Origin: Kudoa neothunni
Taxonomy: Eukaryota; Animalia; Cnidaria
NCBI GenBank assembly: GCA_964304625.1
Contig: OZ199838.1
Coordinates: forward strand, 14,875,907 to 14,939,906
Length of the DNA stretch: 64,000 nt
Reading direction: 5' to 3'
This document shows, in pieces, positions 54,687 through 64,000 of the stretch. A program made the translations under genes and the position numbers. Each line of letters starts with the position of its first letter. Positions within the stretch are counted from its first letter, which is position 1. The notes below the pieces were generated by a model that saw only the letters and a list, made by a program, of their open reading frames with translations, made no database searches and had not been told where the DNA came from.

Positions 54687-57600
54687 ATGACCACCGTAAC
54701 ATTTAAGGATTTGGTATGTAACGATAGAAACAGCTTTAAATGGTTTTATCTAAAAATAACTACAATTTAGGGAATTGTTGAAGAATTAGAATCCACCATG
54801 AAAACCATGGGTTGGACTATGCCCACAAAAATTCAGGAGCGGGTTATTCCAGAAGCATTGCAAGGTTAGATTGTAGAAACGTCTTAAGAATTTAATTTAA
54901 ATTTCACCGCCGCGTTCACATCTGTATTTATATAGGAAAAGATATAATCGCGTTGGCCGAAACCGGATCAGGAAAAACAGGAGCTTTCGCTATTCCCATT
55001 CTTCAGTCTCTTTTAGCCAATCCTCAGCGTTTATACGCTTTGATTCTCACTCCAACAAGGTTGTTTTTAATAAAATAGATTGAAAAGATTTGGTATGTTT
55101 AGAGAATTAGCTTTTCAAATTTCAGAACAATTTGAAGCACTAGGTTCATCGGTTGGTTTAAAATGTGGTATGGAAGTTTAATTCTAATTCAACCAAAACA
55201 ATTCAACTAATCTAGTTGTGATTGTTGGTGGGGTTGACAACGTCACCCAAGCTATCGCGCTCTCAAAAAAACCGCACATAATCATAGCTACTCCTGGTCG
55301 CATAGTTGATCATCTCGAAAATACCAAAGGATTCTCTATCAAATCTATTAAATATCTTGTATTTTTTAACACCGTGGTGTAAATGACAATTTTTCTATTC
55401 CGATCAAAATAGGTGATGGATGAGGCCGATCGTATATTAAATATGGATTTTGAAGAGGAAGTCGATAAGATTGTGAATGTTTGCCCTGTGGAACGCAAGA
55501 CCTACCTTTTTTCAGCTACCATGTCCTCCAAGGTATGCTGCGCAATGATAACCGTTATGATGATAACAATTTTAAGGTGGAAAAATTGCAACGGGCGTCT
55601 CTTAGAGACCCGGTTCGAATTGAAATAGCCACCAAGTATTATTGCTTAGAGCTACTTATTATTTATATATAATACATTAGGTATTCTACTGTGGAAACAC
55701 TTCAGCAATATTATCTCTTTGTTCCACAAAAATATAAAGTAATATTTTATGCTATTAGAATCAATTGAATGTTCTGTTTGTTAGCTACATTATGCGGTTT
55801 ATGTGCTGAATCAATTGATGGGGAACACTTTTATGGTTTTTACAACAACGTGTTTGTCCGTGCAAAAGTATCATTTGTTGTTTGCGGAGGAGGAGGCAGT
55901 ATCCCAATCTAATAACAACTAAATTAGGATAGCATTAATGCTAAAGCATTTGAATTTTTCAGTGGTAGCTCTTCACGGTCAAATGGATCAGGTATAATTC
56001 GAGTTGGTTTGCTTATACTATGAATATATTCACATTCAATAGAACAAACGTCTTTCTGCTTTGAAACGATTCAAGGCGCAACAGCAAAATATCCTCGTTG
56101 CCACTGATGTAGCCAGTCGAGGATTAGATATTCCTCATGTTGACGTTGTGATAAATGTCGATGTTCCTACTCAAAGCAAGGTTTACATTATTATGAGTTA
56201 TCCTTTATATAATATTTTGGCTGGGGTTTCAAAAAAGGGGAAATTAAATTATTTATCTATGCAGACACGCGAAACTTCTTGTTGGATTGAAAGTCAAAAT
56301 TTAATCTCAATATTGCTTAGCGATTGTTAGTTGTCAATTTAATTGGTAAAACAAAGATTGTGTAGTATAACGCTCCGACACAGGTGCACACTAAATTAAT
56401 TTTATAGCGTAGATTCTGTTGCGGGTGAATTCGATACTTTTTCAGGGCGCCCAATGAGACTATCTGAAAAAACACAAGGTTGAACTCTTAAAAACCACAA
56501 GGACGCAAATAAAACATAATAATATTATTAAAATAACAATAATTTTTATTTAACCGCGTTTTCTAATTATTACCGTCAACCGAATCGTCTTCTTCATCCT
56601 CACAACCCTCAGTTAAGAAGTCTGACCTATTTTTTAAGCGTTTAAGGTGAAGTTGACTCACATTGTGTGTTAATTCATTTGTTGTGTGTAACGTCAAACA
56701 CGTATTATTATTTCTTCTGAACAACTGCTTTTCTATAAGTTTACATTTTATAGTTTCAACCTTTAATGAGTTAGTTTGTTCAGTTTTTACTGCATTGATT
56801 AATGAAATGATTCTCTTAACATTTGCAGTAGCTGGAATTGCTGTCCTTAGCATCTTGATCAAACCAATCTTTAAAATCTAGTTGTAACCAATTTCAATTC
56901 GAGCACATATTATTCCACGCTCTTTTTGAACTCCGTTTGAATTTTCATTCATTAATTAAAATAATATATGTCAATAACTTCAAAATATGTTATTAAAAAT
57001 CTAGAAAATTTTATGACGGCATTTATATCCTCAAATACAATCACAGAATAATAAGAAAAATTGATTAAATAACAATTATTCAAGGACTGGAAAGTAGCAC
57101 GTTGCCGACGAACATGATATCTTTTTAAATTTCGAATAATTCTAATTCTCTCCACTCTTAAAACAATAAATATGATTATTATACCTAATTTAGAAACTTA
57201 TTATTTATAAACTGATCTCAAAAAAATTCTGTAATCTATAGGTTTTGTAAATAAGCAAAAAACTCCGAGAACCCAAGGTTTGAACGCCCTGGACCAAATG
57301 GATTACACATCTGCGTGAACCGCCATTCTTAACTACAAAAACTCCTATTTTTGGATTATATGCTGAATTAACTTTCATGAACAATAGTTCTACCTGAACA
57401 ATATGATTTTTAGAAATTTCCTAAATTATATGGATGGATAACTTCTCGAGTTTTTCATACATAAATATAATCACTTTTGACTTTAAAAAACTTTATTTAA
57501 ATGTCATTCAACTTATTATTTGACACATTTTATCCTGTTCTTAGGCCGAATCTCTTATATTCTCGTTATCTAATATGCTCTATTCATATGTAAACGTAAG

Positions 57601-60600
57601 GCGTCGAATGTTATGATCATAAGTAATGAATGCTTACATTTGTTTATCAATTTTGTAGTTTAAAATTTTTCGTTTTTATTATTATTTATTATTTTTACAC
57701 TCATCGCTGATCACTTATCAATTTTATGGAATAAATTATTAACGCGTTTGTTATTAAATTCCCTCCATCTTTAGCAATTTGGGTTATAATACTTATAAAT
57801 CAAAAACCAAATTGGGGTAAATAATCTTAACCCTTCCGTGCCCGAATTTTTATTTATCCTTGAAAAAATTTTTTTTAATACAATATATTCTTCTAATACT
57901 AAATAAAAATTTGGAGAGAAAAATTTTTGTGGGCTAATATTAAGTTGTAAGTTTTGTTCGGTAGACTGAACAATGGGATTTTGTGGTAAAGAAAATGCGC
58001 AAAAAAGAAATCGAATTATTATAACAGTAACAGATAGAGTTATCAATAAAACAATAATTTTAAGTATTATGGTACACATAAAAACAATTTCTACCTTTTA
58101 CAAGACAATAAGGGGCGCCACATTTTAAGCAAATTATTTGAATGTTTCTTCCACAACTTCTGCATCTACTTGGCGTAGATACTACCTCTGGAAAATGGCC
58201 GACATTATCATATCTAATGTGGTCTGATAAAAGAGTATTCCTCTTGCGTTTCGATATAGTAGATTCCATTATTTTTTGTGAATTACAATCATTAACCGGA
58301 CGACCACGTTTTCGAGTTTGTATTAATGTTTCGTTTTTATACAATAATGATTCACAGCTTGAATATGTGAACGAAGGCAAATCAGGAACTTTACTCTTGT
58401 TTACATTATTCATGGAATTTTGCCTCCGATACAATAACCACGAATTAGTGATCGCGGTGTTAATGCCCCAAAAAAATATCCGCATGTAAATATGGTTTAA
58501 CCTATATAGTGACATTAGCATATCGGACAAATCAACACCACCCATGTTTTTGTTATATTCCGATACAACAGCTGGACAATCGACTTTATCGCGTTTTTTT
58601 TGCCTATCGTATCTATTTACAGTTGTTAGAGGTTCACTGCCAGAATGAGTGGATGATAAAGTCACAACAAAGCTATCATACCGTCGAGTTAATACTAATG
58701 CATCATTAGAGCTTTGAGCAACATCAAATGAGCCACGTCCTTTTTTCATTAAGTCGTTTTTACCGAGTAAAGGACATCCTTTAATTCTATTACAGTATTT
58801 CAAGACATAAATGCAACTTTTTTAAAATGAAACATATTTCTAATTTTCAATAATGTCCGAGTTTAAACAACGAGTAAAATACGATTCCGAATGATTGCAA
58901 TAGTTTAAACAGTGCTGGAATGTAATTTCATCTGGCCCTTCCATAATGGCGTTAAGCAGTTCTTCTTGGTTGGAAGGATTTTTATTGCGTACAATAGACT
59001 TTTAACTGGTGAAAAAATTCCTCATTTGGGTTCAAGAAAAGACTGTAGGGTGGTAGGAAGAGGAGTCTGTGACCATTAATTTCAATCTTTCGCATAATTA
59101 TGTCAGTTTTGTGGAACCTCACGTTGTCCATTATCAAGAGGGCATTGTCAACTTTGTTTATTTGAAGATCATGAAATAGTTTATCGAGAAATAAAGAAAA
59201 TATTTCCTGGTTTACCGAACCGTTCTCTAGGTGAAATGTCCATACCTTTTCTGATGATATAGCGGCAATTAGTGTAACATTTTTTGAACGGATAAATTTA
59301 ACTTTAAGGTTTGCCCTAGCTCCCACGGGTGACCTGCCAAAAGACCTTCTCATGGATGGAGAAAACCCAGATTCGTCAATGTAAATGATAGTTGGGTGAT
59401 TAGGTCTACATTGAAGATATTCCATAACATAACTATAAAGTTTTAATTTATTTTTTATTAAAATTAAGCTAACTTTTTTCTTTTTAATATAACATCAGGT
59501 GAATTTCTAGCGATTGGAACAAGTGATATTCTTTTTAAAGAATAGTGGAAATGATTTAGGTAGTTGCTAACTGTTTGCTTAGTAACTTGAATATTATGTA
59601 TTTCTTGGAGTTTTTTGGCAATCATCGACGAACTTATTGTGCAATCATCATTTATTAAACTTATAATGAATCCTTTGTGCACATCGGAGAATTTTGATCG
59701 TCGATCACTGCCTTTTTTATTGACCGGACAAACGTAAACACCTTCCTGATGTCGTCTTAAAATTCGTCCAATCGTTGATTTGTGAACACCCATGGACTCA
59801 GCTATGTACTCATTTGTATATTTCTAGGGCATTTTACAAGAAATCAAACGAAAATCAGTTACTTTTGCTAAATTAACAACCCTATTTCGCATGTCCATGG
59901 GTAATGTCACATATTTCCGTTTATTTGGGTTATTTTGATTATAATTTGATGAGGGTGTGTTTTGATCCGACATCTATCTTAGTACGTGTTCAAACCAGGT
60001 TTTGATACAAAAATGTTTTTTTAATTTAAAAAAATCCAATAAACAATTAATTTCATATTAAAAGATTGGTTGCATTTAGGTCTTGAAATACTGTATTTCT
60101 AATAGTCCCCACTGTATATATTCCCCTTTTTTCAATATAAGTTGCATCCGGAATGATGTGAACCAGCTATCGAAATACAATAGATACATCCTATTCTTTG
60201 GAAGTTGTTCACATAATTTTATTACAAAATCCCCAGAAACCAAACCACAGCTTTCTTGTACAACAGGCGATTTTCCATCATACAAATGAAAATCATGCAC
60301 TATCCCACTTATTCCACATCTAGCAAAAACTTTGAAGCCCCATTTGGTCGGTTTATTTGATATATACTGTTTCGTCCGGCACTTATCCTTAAAGGGAATC
60401 ATTTGTTCGTTGACTGAATTTATGCTCTCTGGAGTGATTTTTAAAAATGCTTGCCTCAAGTGCTCCAAAAAAGGTCTAATTTTGAAAAACCGATCAAACG
60501 TTTGGGAAGACTGATTGTTAGTTGCATTGTCATTATTATTAAAATGTAAAAATTTTGAGAGTTGCTCAAATCTGTCTCTAGAAAGAACATCCGAAATAGG

Positions 60601-63600
60601 TGAATAATTGAAATGGTTGGACCAATAGCATCGGTAACGAGGCATCCGTACAATCCCCATTAAAATTATGACTCCCAAATAAATTTTAATTTCTAAACCG
60701 TTTGTCTTGAAATTCGAATTATTTTGTATGGCGTATCGATTTGATTCGTTTACAATTAATTCAATCAAATCATCGTCAACAAATTGGTTGAAATAATCGA
60801 TGGGGTGAATTAAATGATCTAACTTTTCAAATTTGTCGTTTAAGTTTCACAATTCCTCTGGTAAATTTGAACTTATATCTTGTTTCTTCCATTGAAGGCC
60901 AGCGTCAGAATCACCGGATGATGAACATTCTTTCGCATCTGAAAATTTGTTCAATATTGATGATGTAAATGTTGTATCGTCTTCAGAATATGTATCCGGT
61001 TCGGATATGTCGACATCAGGTAGCACTATAATTTCCGAAGTTCTTTTTCCAGTTTTATCCTCATCGTTACAAATGTCGTAATCCATTGCGATTGTCCAAA
61101 AATAGGTCCACGTGTTCCTGTTGTTCACTTTACTGACAAGACTTAAAATCTTATCATTTCAGATAATAATAAGTTTCCTAAAATTTAAAGAGTCAAATTT
61201 AATTAACAACAACATATTGTAACTGTAAAAATTTTGGTTCCAAAAAATAATATAATTCGGTATACGAATTAATACATTACTTTTAGGACGAACGTGATAT
61301 GGAGAATTGAACATTGTTAATGAAATTTACTATACATAAAATTTCTTAAAAATGTAATATTAACGATTTTTATACATTTAATTGAGTTAAAATTACGTTT
61401 TTGTAACGAATATGAAACAATAGTTCAATGTTCATTTTAAACGAAGCAGAAGTTAATGTTCAGTATACCGCACAATGGGCATGAAAGGGTTAACATAAAT
61501 AAAATTGTAAGTCTAATTTTTAACTTCCGTTTATTTTTTATATGAAAACTAATAATTGAATATTTAAGGATTATATGATTTAAAAATATGAATTGTTTAT
61601 TTGCCCCAAACGAATTAAATTCCTCATGTGTAGTTTAGACCAGGACTGCCAGGGGGTTTACAAAAACCACAAGGATGGACGCTCAAAAAACCAAAGATAG
61701 AGTAAACGCTAGTTTCAAGTACAACAAAAAATAGAATCGTATCTGCTAAAGTTTTTAATCTTCCGATTCTATAATTACGTCTTCAGATATTAAATGCAAA
61801 TTTATCGTCGTATTATTGCAATTTTTCGGCGCGAACACTCACTCATACTTAATGTCTGGCATAGATCTATATACACACAATTAATTCCTTTATGGTTCAA
61901 GATTATTTTGAAATTACATTTAAATTTATAGTGTACGACAATGTTTACTGTGTAATTATGTAATTGTGCAATGTTAACTTTTCCAGCGCCTGAAAACCGA
62001 CTTTACACATTCCTTTTTTAGGACTCCAATGGAACCCTCATTTTTTTAACTTGAATTATGAAGAAAAATGCAATAAGTAATTTACTAAAGTATGAGAGAA
62101 AACTATCGATAAAATATTGAAAAGTGTCACAATTGTAACACCGCCGGTTGTTAACAATCATTACCGAAACATTTAAAAGGTTAAATTAGGCATCTAATTT
62201 AATAAGTTTAATTTTATTTTTTAAATTAATGCATTTTAATAAAATTATATATCATTCCACATTTACAAAGTCTTATAAATTGTTTCCTTTATAATCAATT
62301 CCTTAATTATCACGCCCAATAAAACCCCAAATACATATTGTTTCAAAATTGATAAAATGCGAGTTATTTATATTATTTTAGTTTTTAATGTTACAAGATG
62401 TCACGCAAACAAATTTGAATTGCTTTTATTACAGTTGGTTCCACAAACAAAAAAAATTCCTCGCTTTCTTATCTTGAGATCTTGAACAATAACAGCATCA
62501 CTCGTGACAAAGAAATTCGAGTGATTATAATTTAGAGTTGAGAATTAAGATATAGACAAGGATTCCAATATAAGCCAGTAACTGCTGGTGTGTCATATCT
62601 TCAAATAATGCCGACAATTATAATAGCCAAAATTGTTAGTATTTGAAATAACAGTTGAGGTAAAGACTCACCATAAAATATGAGGAATGCATAAGCTGAA
62701 GAGGTTATTCAGTTTAAAGCGTAGGAATGCGAATCTTGAGATTTTGAAAAATATTTCGTTTAGACCATTCAATTATTTGAAGTTTCTCAGAAAACCAATT
62801 AACATCGTCCTTATCTTTGTACATATTTCGATAGCATTTATTACCGCCAGGAACAATAGAATGATGTTAATAACTAAAGTATCGAAGTTTATCGTAAAAT
62901 TCTTATATATCGGATTAAATTTTATGCAGAATATTACACTAAGAACCATTTATGACAGCATTTCACTCGTCGGTAATGACCGGTATTTGGCGTACACATA
63001 GTTTTTTCAAATTATCTCTACTTCCTCTGAATAGAATTTTATTTAATTCTCAAAATTGTTGTAAATTATTTTTCTTCATCGTTTGGTAGAAAAAAAACGT
63101 GGGGTCCATTGAACCCCAAAAGAGGGAATGTGTAAGTATTTTGATTATTTCGTGACTTGAATTTACAAATTAAAATATTCTGTGATATTTTAATAGAACT
63201 CATATTTGTAGGAGAATAGATGCGATCTTAAATTCAATGATGTAACATAAGATTCTTTAAAATTGATTCAAACATCCATTGGGGTCCGATGGACGTCAAA
63301 GAGGCTCCGAAGGTTAAACAATCCAATATGCTGTCGTCCAATATCGTAAATGTTTAAACCCTTCAAGATATAATCTGAATAAGATATGTTATTAAAAATA
63401 TAAATATTTATGCCGCACAAAAAAATTTGTGTTATTTTTCAATGTTTACAGGTTTTCAATGAAAACTCAAGATTTTGTAAAAAACGAAAAAACTCCAAGA
63501 ACCCAAGGTTACTATAAAAACCAAACCCTGGTTTGGACTATAATTGATTAATTATGGTAATTACGAGCGTAATGATGGGCTAAAAATGGTAAACCTTAGC

Positions 63601-64000
63601 AGATTAAAAAAATAAGCCGTGTTTGAGGAATATAGATGAGTTATGGGATTAAAATCAAGTTTTTGGAGTTCTTAAGTGCTAATTATTTATCTTTAAAGCT
63701 TTATGGCCAAATTATTCATCGGTTGATATTGTTTTCTACACATTTTTAACGTGTTTTTATTTAGGACTATATTCATCGCGTGGGCAGAACCGCTAGAGCA
63801 GGTCGTTCTGGAAGAGCTATCACTATTGTTTCTCAGTAGTTTACTGTATTGTCGTCGAGAAAACTATTACCGACTTTTCATAGGTATGACATTGATTTCT
63901 ATCAACGTATAGAAAAACTTATAAACAAAAAATTGCCAGAATTTCCCCATGTTGAACAGGAAGTGATGAAACTGGTAGATACGGTCAACGAAGCCGAACG
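54687..64000 (+). CDS. DDX47: DEAD-box RNA helicase DDX47/Rrp3 (continues beyond the window)
   Basis: TFKDL|[30 protein letters not shown]|[58 protein letters not shown]|[16 protein letters not shown]; many tiny introns plus one of 7584 nt (56181-63764). Confidence 0.96.
56443..57291 (-). mobile_element. Internally deleted hAT element in the DDX47 intron
   Basis: CAGGGCG...CGCCCTG termini; remnant [32 protein letters not shown] resembles the hAT dimerisation domain; subterminal motifs shared with 61641-63530. No clear TSD. Confidence 0.65.
58793..60093 (-). mobile_element. Tc1/IS630-type DD34E transposon nested in the piggyBac
   Basis: 25-bp TIRs CAGTATTTCAAGAC(A/C)TAAATGCAAC with TA duplication; YIDESG / MDNVRFH / LPPYS..LNP.E; removing it restores piggyBac GTIRN-NRIKGCP. 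Confidence 0.95.
58840..59973 (-). pseudogene. Tc1-like transposase with two spliceosomal introns and one late frameshift
   Basis: Introns 59824-59862 (39 nt) and 59433-59473 (41 nt) join MSDQ...VNLAK|[18 protein letters not shown]...KRK|NYVMEY in frame; frameshift near 59000. Confidence 0.8.
61641..63530. mobile_element. hAT-type non-autonomous element containing a decayed piggyBac-like relic
   Basis: CAGG...CCCTG ends; 8-bp TSD GTTTAGAC/GTTTGGAC; internal LLAYIGIL-like fragment and GGGGTCC palindromes at ~62000-63316. Confidence 0.65.

Larger units (their letters stand above)
57831..61489 (-). mobile_element. piggyBac transposon with disrupted transposase
   Basis: TTAA TSDs; TIR CCCTTCCGTGCCC / GGGCATGAAAGGG; motifs SVNEQMIPF (catalytic D to N), [29 protein letters not shown]-terminal Cys-rich domain; stops and frameshifts. 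Confidence 0.95.

Overview
Eukaryotic, very AT-rich genomic DNA from a fast-evolving animal-like genome. Most GT-AG introns are tiny (about 40-80 nt) and the intergenic DNA is full of decayed DNA transposons. A compact parasitic metazoan such as a myxozoan is plausible, but that is inference only. Genes recovered by manual splicing: a tandem hot-dog acyl-CoA thioesterase, HMG-CoA synthase, selenoprotein W (in-frame UGA, missed by the ORF track), SNX5/6, Rab4, METTL16, a voltage-gated Ca channel beta subunit, LSM7, COQ2 plus a tandem highly diverged COQ2-like paralogue, DDX31 and DDX47 (runs off the window end). Mobile DNA includes pogo/Tigger and hAT relics, a solo LTR, Helitron-like elements, a tRNA-derived SINE family, hAT and TTAA (piggyBac-type) MITEs including a ~1.2-kb foldback, and a piggyBac carrying a nested intron-containing Tc1/IS630 element inside a 7.6-kb DDX47 intron. 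Most interesting: (1) a COQ2 with a rhodoquinone-type Ser (YSxQD) next to a paralogue that has lost both Asp-rich catalytic motifs; (2) a SelW gene whose best SECIS candidate lacks the supposedly invariant 3' GA; (3) a METTL16 frameshift that would be exactly rescued by a 29-nt GT-AG intron carved from former coding sequence. All exon boundaries and alignments were done by eye.
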